Of a DNA stretch of 64,000 bases, positions 40,963-61,396 are shown piece after piece. Below the pieces are notes generated by a model. The model worked only from the letters and a program-made list of their open reading frames with translations. It made no database searches and had not been told where the DNA came from. Positions within the stretch are counted from its first letter, which is position 1, and each line of letters starts with the position of its first letter. The position numbers and the translations under genes are program-made. Source of the stretch: the human T2T-CHM13v2.0 reference genome, Homo sapiens; NCBI RefSeq assembly GCF_009914755.1, contig NC_060925.1; one strand, written 5' to 3'.

Positions 40963-41177
40963 TCAAAAAAAAAAAAAAACAAAAGGAAGAAGGGGGGATA
41001 GAATATACATGTATAACCTCCATCCTCAATGATAAATAGTAACCAATAACTTCTGCAAACAAGCACTCAAATGGATAGCTTATTTCAAAGGGATGCCATA
41101 AGTTCTAGTCTTACCTAAAGTTTAATATTTCAAATCTATTCTTCAATTAACTAAGACCAGTTAGGAAAGAATCTTAC

Positions 41178-41275
41178 CATTTCAGTGATAAACTCTATGA
41201 CAAGATCTTCAAGAATATCCACTGACTCAGTATAAGGATTCTGGTCATCCCCAAAGCCATACATCATACATCGCA
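41178..41275 (-). CDS. TAF13: TAF13 coding exon 3 (LRCMMYGFGDDQNPYTESVDILEDLVIEFITEM; histone-fold region)
   Basis: 98 nt; CAG acceptor with pyrimidine tract and GTAAG donor; phase matches exon 2 (27+79+98 = 204 nt = 68 codons). Confidence 0.97.
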
Positions 41276-41712
41276 CTGTAAAAGAACAATCACTTACTTT
41301 TGTTTACTTTTACAGATTTAACAATTTGATACTTTAAAAAAATAAAGTAGAAATGAACCAAGTTATAGATAATATTGGTATGAAAACATATTTACATCGT
41401 ATTTGTTATCTCCAAGTATGGATTCTTGTGTAAAAGGTTTAAGAACAGTCTGATGACCAACTGTTCCCACGTAGCCTCCAGCAAAACTCTTCCTTCCTCC
41501 CACCTACTGAACCCTAAGGTAAACAGTCTTTTCCTAATCTCTAGCATCTACTTACCAGTCCCTGCCCCCAGCAGAACACCTTTAAGTAGGAAACTCTGGC
41601 AAAGGACAGGACAGACAGCAACAGCTTAGCCTTTTTTGGAGGTGGTTTTTGTGTGTGGGCATGGCAGTGGGGCGTTGGAAAAACGGCAGACTCTTTACTG
41701 ATATTACCATAG

Positions 41713-41967
<255 letters not shown>

Positions 41968-42382
41968 TAGCCAGGATGGTCTCGATGATCTGACCTGGTG
42001 ATCTGCGTGCCTCAGCCTCCCAAAGTGCTGGGATTACAGGCGTGAGCCACCGCGCCCAGCCCCAAATCTGTTCTTATAGGAAGAAACAGGGTACTCAAAA
42101 TGAGAAAGCAGAGGGCTTACTACAAGGAATTTTGACATTTCCTAGATCAATACAACTGCAGCAAAGCCCTTTCAGGCTTCATCTGAAGAAACCATAGGAA
42201 ATGCAAAGGATAAGTCTAGGTCGGGTGCAGTGGCCCACGCCTGTAAACCCAGCACTTTGGGAGGCCCAGGCAAGTAGACTGCTTGAGCTCAGGAGTTTGA
42301 GACAAGCCTGGGCAACATGGCGAAACCCTGTCTCTACATAAAAAACAAAAATTAGCTGGGCGTAGGCCTGGATGGTGGCTCA

Positions 42383-42975
<593 letters not shown>

Positions 42976-43547
42976 CAACAGCATCGCACTTGTTGGTAGT
43001 TGTAGTTTAGGGCAGACAGGATCCGTGTGAATTCTTTTTTTTGCTCTCCTTTTTTGAGACAGTCTTGGCTCTGTCGCCCAGGCTGGAGTGGTGTTGCAGT
43101 ACAGCTTGCTGCAGCCTCAACCTCCCTGGCTCACGTGAGCAGCTGAGACTACAGACACATGCCACTATGCCTGGCTAATATGTGGGGTTTTTTTTGAAAC
43201 AGAAGTGTCACTGTGTCACCCAGGGTGGAGTGCAATGGCACGATCTCAACTCACTGCAACCTCCACCTCCCGGATTCAAGAGATTCTCAAACTTTAGCCT
43301 CCAAGTAGCTGGGATTACAGCCATGCGCTACCACACCCAGCTAATTTTTTTGTATTTTTTAGTAGAGTCAGGGTTTTGCCACGTTGCCCAGATAGTCTTG
43401 AATTCCTGGCCTCAAGTGATCTGCCTGCCTTGGCCTCCCAAATTATTGGGATTACAGGCCTAAGCTACCACACCCAGCCATTTAAAATTTTTTCTAGAGA
43501 CAGGGGTCTTGCTATGTTGCCTAGGCAGTTTTTGAACTGGTTTCTAA

Positions 43548-43748
<201 letters not shown>

Positions 43749-44264
43749 TAAGAAGTCCTTGAAGGCCAGCGCGGTGGTTCACGCCTATAATTCCAGCACT
43801 TTGGGAGGCCAAGGTGGGCGGATCACCTGAGGTCGGGAGTTTGAGACCAGCCTGACCAACATGGTGAAACCCCGTCTCTACTAAAAATACAAAAATTAGG
43901 GGGGCGTGGTGGCACACACCTGTAATCCCAGCTATTTGGGAGGCTGAGGCAGGAGAATAGCTTGAACCCAGGAGGCAGAGGTTGCGGAGAGCTGAGATCA
44001 TGCCAATGCATTCCAACCTGGGCGAAAGAGGGAGACTCTGCCTCAAAAAATAAAAAAAGAAGTCCTTGAGACTACCCTGAAATCATACGGAAAAATTTTA
44101 TACATTATCTGTACATGGGCATTTTTCTGGGAATAATTATAACTTTTATCAGATTATCAAAGGGGTATATGTAAATGGTAAGAAATGCTGTCAAATGCTG
44201 GAAGTGTTCTGTATCTTGATCTTAGTAGTGATTACAAGTGTGTGAGTGTGTGCGCACATGTATA

Positions 44265-44600
44265 CAGTTGTCCCTTAGTATCCTTGGGAGCTTGGTTCCA
44301 GGACCTCCCGTGGATACCAAAATCTGCAGATGCTCAAATCCCAGATATAAAATGGCATAGTATTTGCATATAAGCTAAATACATCCTATGTATATTTTAA
44401 ATCATCTCTAGGTTACTTACAATACCTAATACAATGTAAATGCTATGTAAATAGTTGTTATACTATACTGTTTAGGGAATAGTGACAAGGAAAAAAGTCT
44501 ATACATATTCAATAGAGGCACAGTTTTTTTTTCTGAATATTTTCCATCTGAGGTTGGTTGAATCCATGGATGCAGAACCCATGACATAGAGAGCCGACTG
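44265..44600 (+). mobile_element. MER2-like Tigger (TcMar) non-autonomous element
   Basis: TA|CAGTTGTCCCT...GAGCCGACTG|TA with imperfect TIRs and TA target duplication. Confidence 0.8.
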
Positions 44601-45319
44601 TATAGCATACATAAAATTCAGCAAGCTGTTCACTTAAGACTTGCACAATTTATTGTACCTAAGTTTTTTTTTTTAAAAAAGATACTCATAGAATACTTCT
44701 AAAGGAAGAAATGAGTAAATTAAGAATAATTCCTCTATTTAGAAGAAGTAAAAACTAGTAGAAGTACAAAGAGAAGAAAGTAGACCAGGCCTACAGAAGA
44801 AAAGGGTGACTTGGAAACCAGCCTGAGATAGACATATCCCTAGGGTTTTACACTGGCAAGAGTCTTTAGGTCCAGAAACAGGAGTAAAAAAACAAACACA
44901 GGAGCCAATAGTTCCTATCGTTCTGTTTTGGATTCTGTACTTTTTTTTGCCTTTTTAAAAAAAAGATAATTTTAGATTTACAGCTGAGTTGCAAAAATAG
45001 TACAGGGTTCCCATATGCCCTATATCCAGCTTCCCCTTATGTTAACATGTTATACAACCATAGGGAGTCATCAAAGCTAAGAAATTAACATCGGTACAGG
45101 TACAGACTTCATTCAGATTTTACAAGTTTTTCCACCAATGTCCTTTTTCTGTTTCAGGTTCCCATACTATTTAGTTGTCATGCCTCCTTAGTTCCCTCGA
45201 ATCCGATAGTTCCTCGACTTTTTCATCTTTCAAAACCTTGACGCTTTCTTTTTTTATTTTTATTTTTTGAGACGGAGTCTCTCTCTGTCACCAGGCTGGA
45301 GTTCAGTGGTGTGATCTAG

Positions 45320-45484
<165 letters not shown>

Positions 45485-45659
45485 TGATCCGCCCATCTCA
45501 GCCTCCCAAAGTGCTGGGATTATAGGCATGAGCCACCGTGCCCGGCCCTTGAGTAGTGGAATTATAGGCATGCACCACCACGCCGAGCTAATTTTTGTAT
45601 TTTTATTAGAGACGGGGTTTCGCCATGTTGGCCAGGCTGGTCTTGAACTCCTGACCTCA

Positions 45660-45749
<90 letters not shown>

Positions 45750-45999
45750 TCAGGAGAATAGATCTTTCGTCAGTAACTTCTATGAATATTCAGGTAAGAT
45801 AAGGAGAAGCCTGAAGATTACAAATTCCTGTCATCACAAAGTAATCTCAGTGGAACAAAGGTCTTTGCTAACAAACGACTGAACATCACTCTGGGATGCT
45901 CTGGTACAAGGATCCCCTTCTTATGCTGACCTAATAAGTAAAAACCACATAATGGTATAAGGAGCATCAGAGAAATGAAATAAGAAATGGTCAGCATTA

Positions 46000-46531
<532 letters not shown>

Positions 46532-46556
46532 TCAGGAGGCTGAGGTGGGAGGATCA

Positions 46557-46661
<105 letters not shown>

Positions 46662-47262
46662 TTAAGAAAATAATTTTTCTTAAAAAAGATACACTGACGC
46701 TGAAGCTGGGCACGGTGGTTCATGCTTGTAATCCCAGCACTTTGGGAGGCTGAGACGGCGGATCATGAGGTCAAGAGATCAAGACCATCCTGGCCAACAT
46801 GATGAAACCCTGTCTCTACTAACAATACCAAAATTAGCTAGGCGTCGTGGCATGTGCCTGTAGTCCCAGCTACTCAGGAGGCTGAAGCAGGAGAGTCGCT
46901 TGAGCCCAGGAGGCAGAGGCTGCAGTGAGCCAAGATTGCGCCATTACACTCCAGACTGACAACAGTGAGACTCTGTCTCAAAAAGAAAACATATATATAT
47001 ATATATATATATATATACTGACCCTGTAGTTTCAAGGGCATTTGGGAACTGCTCACATATAACCCAGCCTAAATAAATCATATTCATAAATCTGTGCGGC
47101 CTCATCTCTCAATACTTAGACATAACTTTACATAAAGGACCCAGGACTGGGAGATGGAGAGCACATTTTCATGCTGTGTTCCAGGGCTTGGCCTGGATCA
47201 TCAGTATTAGTAGCAGCTCTCCCTTCCTCGTGTTGCCAAAAAGGGTCAAAACCGTCTACTGA

Positions 47263-47610
<348 letters not shown>

Positions 47611-47729
47611 TAGCCTCCATGTCACTATAATGCCTTACACGATTCACCACCTTTTTTTTTTTTTTTTTAAGACAGAGTCTTGCTGTGTCACCCAGGCTAG
47701 AGTGCAGTGGCGCAATCTTGGCTCACTGA

Positions 47730-47933
<204 letters not shown>

Positions 47934-48127
47934 TAGTCCAAAGCCCAAGCCCCAACTCACTTGCTACTCTCCCTCAACACCTGTTGCAGGATCCATTATT
48001 ACCTGTGGCTTACAGTCAAAGAAGCCTCTCTACTGCTGTAAAGGCAAGAGGAAAACTAATGGAGGTATGTTCTTCTGCCCTAAATTAAAACACTAATTAC
48101 ATTTGCTCACTTAAAAAGCAATTTATA

Positions 48128-49669
<1,542 letters not shown>

Positions 49670-49856
49670 TTATACACACACACACAATTGGGGTTAGGAT
49701 TGGTACTATCTGATTCAAAAGTTAAACAGAATTTGATAGGCTAGTCTGAGAATATTATCCCTACAGGGAAACATTCAAAGCAATAAAGCTACTTTGAAAG
49801 GACATGTCCAAAAGTTTTCATCATCTATAACAAAATCATTGTCAAATACTACTTAC

Positions 49857-49935
49857 ATTCTTTAGAAAAAAGTCTCTTTCTTTTACCCTGTCCACCTTCT
49901 GCACCTCCTCCAATTTCTTCATTTTCTTCCTCAAA
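49857..49935 (-). CDS. TAF13: TAF13 coding exon 2 (FEEENEEIGGGAEGGQGKRKRLFSKE + 1 nt)
   Basis: 79 nt; AG acceptor (plus CT 49936-49937) and GTAAGT donor (plus ACTTAC 49851-49856); in frame with exon 1. Confidence 0.97.
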
Positions 49936-50659
49936 CTAGAAGTTAAAATGTATATATAGAAATGTCAAATAATTGCCTTGCATTTGATATTTTAATAATG
50001 ACATTTTTTTTTCCTTTTCAACAGATAGGCCAGAAAGCCAAAGGAAGCAGCAAAAAAAAAAACCACGAAACCTTAGCATTGAAGGAGCCTATGTATCTAG
50101 TCCAACTTCCAACTCATGCAAAAATGGCTTCTACAATGTTCCTAACTAATAATCCTACTGCTTCTACTTGTAAGAGTTCCAATGACCATAAGTTTTATTT
50201 TTAAACAACTAAGGTGGCCTATTACTACTGTTACTGTTAAACAGTTGATACTGAATCAAAGTCTACCTTTGTAGACTTTGTAGTAAGCAAAACTAATATT
50301 TCCTATGCATTTGCTTATACAGTGCTAAAAACGTTCCTTAAGTAAGCCCGTAACCCTATTTTATAAAAAGAAAACTGATGTTCAAAGTTAAATAACTTGC
50401 TCAGAGAGAATGGAAATTTTGAAATCCAGGCTGTCTGACTTTCAATGCATTCTTTTCCCATTACTTCACAGTAAGTACAGTTTTGTTAACAATTGAACTG
50501 TTGGTTCATAGTGCGCGCTAATAGATGTTAGTTTTGATCTCTGATGATTCTGTACATGTTTCAGTGTCTGGCAAATACAGACCAAAATCAAGGGGAAAGG
50601 GGTCACAAAACCTACTCTTCCTTCATGTCCTTCCCCACTTTCTAAAATGATCAATCCTT

Positions 50660-51110
50660 AGGGCGTGAAGTCCCCGAACTCTGTCCGCTGAATTCACTAA
50701 GGCAAGCAGACCCGATCCTGAACTCTGCCTCCGCTACTGAGCCCGAAGGAGTGAAGAAAAGACAGGTTTTGGACAGAGACGGTCACTCACCGTGGGGTCT
50801 TCTTCCTCATCTGCCATCCCACTAGCACGCCAACTCACAGCGTCCTGCCGGCTGGCTCCCAGCTGGTTACACTACTTCCGCCGCCTCACTTCCGGTGACG
50901 CGCGGGGCCGTAGCTGGGCCTAGCCCTCTGCGGCCTGCGGGAGGACGGTGGTGCTTTCCGGCCTAGCGGCGGAAATGCGACAGTCTCTAAGGGAGGAGGC
51001 CGGAGCGCCTCCCTGTAATCCCGAAGGAATTGAAAACTAACAAAGAAAAGGAAATCACGGGCTAGGTCGCGAGTATCTCGTTGTCACCCTGAATTTGCTA
51101 CTGCGTATTG
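50660..51110 (-). promoter_or_regulatory. TAF13: TAF13 CpG-rich promoter and 5' UTR
   Basis: Local CpG enrichment around exon 1; ETS/GABP-type CGGAAGT on minus strand at 50874-50880 and 50888-50894; half-CRE TGACG at 50896-50900; no obvious TATA box. Confidence 0.85.
50791..50817 (-). CDS. TAF13: TAF13 coding exon 1 (MADEEEDPT)
   Basis: ATG at 50817-50815; 27 nt ATG GCA GAT GAG GAA GAA GAC CCC ACG, then GTGAGT donor (plus strand ACTCAC 50785-50790). Matches the TAF13 N-terminus. Confidence 0.97.
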
Positions 51111-51197
51111 AATCACAGCTTCTTGTTTGGGGACTGCGAAGCTATGGATCATAGGAGGGCAAGCCAGCAGTCCTTTATCAGACAAATATGCTTTTAA

Positions 51198-51578
<381 letters not shown>

Positions 51579-52073
51579 TAGACCTGCTGGGCTCAAGCCA
51601 TCCTCCCACCTCAGCCTCCAAGTAGCTGGGATTACAGGCGCACACCACCAATGCCCAGCTAATTTTTGTATTTTTAGTAGAGATGGGGTTTCCCCACATT
51701 GCCCAGGCTGGTCTGGAACTCATGGCCTCAAGCGATCTGCCCCGCTCTGCCTCCCAAAGTGCTGGGATTACAAGTGTGAGCCACCGTGTCCACCGGGGAA
51801 GGCTTTTGGTCAGAACAATGGCTGGCAAAACCACAGGCATCGGAAGGCCAGAGCTAGGGATATAATATAAATGTCCCTACAGTGTAACAGATGATGCTAC
51901 ATAAAGAAAATCCCGTAATACACACGATTTCTGAATGTCCTGCTGAACATTCGGTGAGTGAAAACTAATTATCTGAGAGTTGAACCTATCTTTGTTAATA
52001 AACACAAAGCGGCCGGGCGCAGTGGCTCACGCCTGTAATCCCAGCACTTTGGGAGGCCGAGGTGGGCGGATCA

Positions 52074-52336
<263 letters not shown>

Positions 52337-52517
52337 TTAATGTACGTTGAAGTTTCTAGGAATGTTATTACCCCAAAATTGAATAGTAATTGTATTTTGT
52401 TTGGTCTGGAATTCATTAAGAGCTGTGTACCATTTCAAGAAATAACGTCACCAAAAGCAACATCACTTGTAATAATTTGAATAGTGAATAATGAAAAAAT
52501 AACTTTGATTTGAGGAA

Positions 52518-52942
52518 TGTGAGTTAAATTATTAGGCCCAAAGAGGCATTAAAATGAGAGGCAATCACATCCTGCTTGCCCCCTTTTGAGCTATGTATTT
52601 ATGTCTTAAAACCGCTTGCTATTGCCACAAGTATTAGTTATAAATTAGCCTAATTATGCCCCATCAGACACCATATCGCACACCCTATAGCTTGATAATG
52701 TTTAGCCAATTACTAATCAATGTTATTTTTGTGAACCAATGAGAACTCCTTAAAGACAACTTTGTATCAGCCCACTCCCTGTCCTCATTCTTTTCCTTTA
52801 AAAATCCACTTGTACCTGCTGCTAATCTTAGAGTGTATATTCTAGGCAACTTTATGCTGCTGAGTTGTAATCCTCAAGTTTGGCCCAAATAAACTCTCTA
52901 TTTATATTAATTTTGCCTCAGCTTCTTCCTTTTAGGTCGACA
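52518..52942 (+). mobile_element. ERV1 (MER4-group) solo LTR, family not resolved
   Basis: About 420 bp TG...CA element ending TTTTAGGTCGACA, with CCAAT motifs, a TTTAAAA box and AATAAA near 52888. Confidence 0.65.
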
Positions 52943-53173
52943 ATACTCACCCAAATCAGTCTGCATTCAAAGCAATTCTACATATAGGTAGAAGCATCTG
53001 AAATCTTCATTATCCCCCCCTAGTGCCATCATACCTGAGTATTTATATATTGAAACAAATGTTACTATTTTTACTTTACTTTTATATTACCTTTATGCCT
53101 GACCTCCTGGCCACTGGATCACTGGATCCTGTTAGGATATTATGTTATTTTCAAAATTATGTGAGTAGGTAGA

Positions 53174-54040
<867 letters not shown>

Positions 54041-54692
54041 GTAAATTATATTATTTTTGAATTTCACTACACAATAATGGAGACACTGTATTTGTTATTA
54101 ATATTTAAGGGAGATTGTTGAGCCTGATAGGTTTGAGAACTGCTTTTAGGTAGTGATCCAGTGTCCAGGAGGTCAGGCATAAAACATTCATAGTGTCTGT
54201 TATCAGTGGAGTAGATAGGTAAAATATGCTGGATGCACAGCACGGAGTACAATGCAGCAATCAGAAGCAATAGATTTAGCAACATGGACAGAACTTGAAA
54301 ACAGTGCTAAGTTAAAAAAGAAACAATAAAATCTATAATATAATACCATTTATAGAAATTAAAAATACTACTTATTTTAAAGGAAAATATAAAAAAGCGT
54401 AAACATTAAACACACTAGAAAGTTGCAGTGTAGGAGAAATGGGAATAAGGATAAAAGGAATAAATTGATAAATAAAAAGTGAAGGACTTTGGAAGGGCCA
54501 ATTGTAATACTATGCCATGAGCTGCGGCATGTGAATAATTCAATCCTGTGAACCTGAGATCCAAAACACAAAGTGGGGGAAAAAAAATTGCAGTGTCAGT
54601 CCAGGCGTGGTGGCTCACGCCTATAATCCCTGCACTTTGGGAGGCCGAGGCGGGCGGATCACGAGGTCAGGAGATTGAGACCATCCTGGCTA

Positions 54693-54941
<249 letters not shown>

Positions 54942-55378
54942 TCATGGTGTGCTTCTACAAGATGTTCTCTGTGGGTTGCCAGAGCCAAGTTTTTTGGGTG
55001 GGGATGCAGGAAACGAGGCTGGAATTTGCGTGTGAAAGGCCTTAAATGTTCTCTTCAGAGACTGAACTTCAAACTACAGAGTTCTTGGGAAGTCTTTAAA
55101 CAGATGTGTCACATGACTTTACAGTTTTTAAAAAGATCACTTTTGCGGGGAAACTAGGATGAGAGATGATTATAATCTGAATTAAGGCAAAGAGGAAGAA
55201 GGAACTGATTTAACACAAACTTTACGAGACAATTTACAGGACTTTGTGACAATGAATGTGAAAGCTATTGACAGAAGAATGGAATGCTATTAATATAAAT
55301 AGGAAAGAAAAAGGGGAAAGAAGTTGGAAGTGGAAGGAAATGAGTTTAGTCTGTGTTTGAGAGTCTGGAGATGTACTA

Positions 55379-55705
<327 letters not shown>

Positions 55706-56077
55706 TTAGAAACAGTACATCAAGGAGACAGAGTGACAGAAGGAATAGTCAAAGAGGTAGGAAAAGATAAAAGTAGGATAAGGAGGAGGAGAGGGAGGAG
55801 AAAAACTGAAAACCCAAAAAGAAAAAGTTTCAAAAAGAAGCAGGTTTGGGCTGATCACTTGAGGTCAGGAGTTTCAGACCAGGCTGGCCAACATGATGAA
55901 AACCTGTCTCTACTAAAAATACAAAAAATAAAAATAAAATAAAAAAATTAGCCAGATGTGGTGGCGAGCACCTGTAGTCCCAGTTGCTCGGGAGGCTAAG
56001 GAAGAAGAACAGCTAGAACCGAGGAGGCGGAGGTTGCAGTGAGCCAAGATCATGCCACTGCACTCCAGCCTGGGTAA

Positions 56078-56483
<406 letters not shown>

Positions 56484-56734
56484 ACAAGATTGAAGATTTA
56501 AGAAAAGGCCTTGGATTTGACAATTAGGAGGTATGGGAATGATCTGGAGAACAAAGTTTGAGGGTGTTGGTGAAGATGGAAGCCAGATTATAACAGGTTA
56601 AAGAACGAGTACATAGTTGGATACTGAAGGTAGAAAAGCAAAGAGGAAAGTAGCCTTAAGAGGGCAGTAAAGGCCGGGAGCGGTGGCTCACTCCTGTAAT
56701 CCCAGCACTTTGGGAGGCCGAGGTGGGCAGATCA

Positions 56735-57037
<303 letters not shown>

Positions 57038-57499
57038 TTATCCCAGCCATTTAGCTAACTGCTCAGAAAATCCTGTTTTTCATTACAGCAAAAAAATGGA
57101 ATGAGCTTTTAATGAAAAAGGTAATGACCAAAGAGATTTGTTCACAAAAGAATGGAATCAGCAGAGAGGTAATTGATAGAAGGAAGAAATGGAGCTCTAT
57201 GAGAGTAATTTGGAAGGAATGGCAGGGGTGGGATTATCAGAAATGAGGAAAGCAGGAGCTGGATGGTGGGTCTGAGAGGTGTTAGTGATGGGATATTGGT
57301 AGGCAGGTAGCACCACTCAGACTCCAAATCAAGGCAGAAGCTTTGCAGTCCCACCCCTACCTCCACTTTCACCCCTCCATCCCAGGGTGTAGACGTCTAC
57401 AGTGCTTCTCCCTAATTTGGGCTTAGTGAGGTTATGTCACTTTTAAAATGGCTTTCAGAATTTCTGCAATAATCTTAATGGAGTCTTAACCACACTTCC

Positions 57500-57977
<478 letters not shown>

Positions 57978-59887
57978 TGAACTCCCGACCTCAGGTGATC
58001 CGCCCGCCTTGGCCTCCCAAAGTGCTGGGAGTACAGGTATGGGCCACCGTGCCCGGCAGTTGTTTTTATTTAAGGGCCTACCTTTCACCATTATCTTCTG
58101 CTGTTCTCCTTCATGAGCTCTGCATTCCAGTTCCACAAGGCCACATTCAACTATTCATGCAATAAATATTCATGAAGCACTTGCAAAATGTTTAGCACTA
58201 GCTATGGGATTGTGGATAAAATGACAAAACAAATGAACATTACAATATAGCAGGGGGACATAAGTTAAACAGATATAGTATGCTTTGGAAACATGATCAG
58301 GGAAGTAGACTGAAGGTCCGAGAAGTCTACCTTGAGCAAGTGAGGTCTGAGTTGGGACTTGAGGGATGAATGTGAGTTAGCCATTGAAGGAGGAAGGGAG
58401 GCTTTACTGTGCCCCAATCTTACCTTACACTTTCCCTCTCCAGGGCTTTGATGGCTCAATTCCCTCCCCACTAGAATGCTCTTTATTTCTGCTTATTGAA
58501 ATGCTATAAGCTTTTCAGGCCCAGCTAAAATGTCTGCTCCTCAATAAAGCCTTCCCTGAACGCTCCAGCTGAAGGCAGTTTCCCATTTCTACGCACCCCC
58601 CCGCCACCCTGGCACTTAGTTTTCATTTTCCTTGGACACTTCTCACTTTCTGCTGTATTTTTTGGTTATTTATAAACACAGCTTATCTTTTTCTACTAAA
58701 TCTTAAACTTTTTAAGAACAGAGTCTATTTCTCATTCATCTTTGAGTTCCCAAAGGCTAGCACATTCCTTAGATTTAGAAGTCCTGGAACAAATGTTTGT
58801 AGCATAAATTAATGCCTATTTGACATCCCTTTTCAAATATGTTGTAATTCAAATGAAGCTATTGTTGCAAGCTGTGCCTTTGAGGCTCAACTTACTCTTT
58901 GGTTAAACCAGAATGCCACAGTCATGGTCCCCATGACTGATTAGTGTTCACCACAATAACTGCAACAACCCTAACAAACAGGCCACTGTTCTTGACTGAC
59001 AGGCGTTTGGCAACAACTACCAATTCTCCAGTGAACACTGAAATGAATTGAGGAAGAACTGTCTGAATTGAGAGTCCCTAGGCCAGTAGGCTCTATTTAT
59101 TCTTTGCAGTTGGGCTGCAAGAGCTGGTCACCCAGGCTTTGGCCTGATGTGAGACATGACTGCACTGGGTGGCAGTGAGGCTATGAGACTTTCCAGGGTG
59201 ACAGAAACATTAATGATTGTAACAAAATAATCAAAGATCAGTATCAGTGGAAAGCACTGTAATTTGAGGCAGTGTGATAACAAGGGAAAGGGAGCTTTGA
59301 ACTTAGACCTGGGTATGGATCCTAACAGGCTATGTTATCTCACCCACGTCCCTTCTTTAAGTCTCAAGATTTAATTAAAAAAAAAATCTGTAAAACAGTT
59401 GTGAAAATCAAAGATACTGTCTTTACACAATGCTCATGTTCTATTAAAATGTGTTTATTCATCTATCTTACCCAACATATTTTCTTCTCTGAGGGCAGGG
59501 ACTTATTTATGCCCCATTTCTGCAAAATCAAGCAAAGTGCTTAGCACACAGTAGTAGACACTGACAAGTACTTTTTTTTTTTTTTTGAGACAGGGTCTCG
59601 CTCTGTTATCCAGGCTGGAGTGCAGCAGTACAATCATGACTCACTGCAACTTCCACTTCCAGGGCTGAGGTGATTCTGCTACCTCAGCCTCCCGTGTAGC
59701 TGGGACCACAGGCATGCATCACCATGCCTGGGTAATTTTTTTATTTTTTGTAGAGACAGACTTTCACTATATTGTGCAGGCCAGTCTTGAACTCTTGAGC
59801 TCAAGCGATCCGCCCACCTCAGTGCCCAAAGTGCTGGGGCTACAGGCGTGAGCCACCAGGCCAACCACAGATACTTTTAAAACAAAT

Positions 59888-60351
59888 TGTAGCAGGAGGA
59901 GCCTCAGACAAAACTCCTCAGACACCGAGTTAAAGAAGGAAGGGGTTTGTTCGGCTGGGAGCATCGGCAAGCCTCCTGTCTCAAGAGCCGAGCTCTTCAG
60001 GTGCTCAACTTGTGCTTTTAAGGGCTCACAACTCTAAGGGGATCCACATGAGAGGGTCATGATCGATTGAGCAAGCTAGGGGGTACATGACAGGGGCTGC
60101 AAGCACCAGTGGTCAGAGCGAAACAGAACAGAACTGGAGGTTTCACAATGTCTTTCCATACAATATATGGAATCTATAGATAACATCAGTTGCTAAGTCA
60201 CGGGTCGAATTTTAACTACCAGGCTTAGGTCAGGCAGGCCTAGGCCTGGTTTCAGGTGTGGTTCCTAGGCACTGGGCTACCTGCCTTTAGTTTCTCTTCT
60301 CTTTCCTTTTCTGAGTATAGAACAATATGAGAGGGTCTCTCTCTTCCCTCA
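59888..60351 (-). mobile_element. ERV1 solo LTR, LTR2 family (HERV-E type; LTR2C-like)
   Basis: Minus strand starts TGAGGGAAGAGAGAGACCCTCTCATATTG and ends CCTGCTACA; 4-bp TSD AAAT (59884-59887 / 60352-60355). Confidence 0.8.
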
Positions 60352-60478
60352 AAATGAACAACAATAATAGCTATCATTTATGGAATACTTACTCATGTCA
60401 GATATTGTTGTAAATAGTAATTCACTTAATCCTCCAACAACCTTAGAAAGGAACTAACTTAATTTCACAGAAAACTGA

Positions 60479-60706
<228 letters not shown>

Positions 60707-61156
60707 TGATCTGCCTGCCTCGGCCTCCCAAAGTGCTGGGATTACAGGCATGAGCCACCGCACCTGGTCAACTTTTTGATTTTAGAATATAAAAGTCTTG
60801 ATACAACTAATTTTGAAATAGCCTGGTGAGACTCACTCTATTCAATTAAAAAAATGTAAAATATCTTTTACAATATGAAAAAGAAAAAATATGGTGGAGG
60901 GAGAAAGAAGAAATAAATTTAAGAGTGGGAGAAAAAAAGTAGGAAGAATAGAGACAGACGTGGAAAATGAAGAAAAAGTAAATTTTGAGTGGAGTTAAAA
61001 GAAAACTGTTTAATCATAAGATACTGTGTGCATTATCACTGCCCTTTAGAAATAGTAATTTGAGGCCGGGCACGGTGGCTCATGCCTGTAATCCCAGCAC
61101 TTTGGAGCCCGAGGCAGGTGGATCATGAGGTCAGGAGATCAAGACCATCCTGGTCA

Positions 61157-61396
<240 letters not shown>

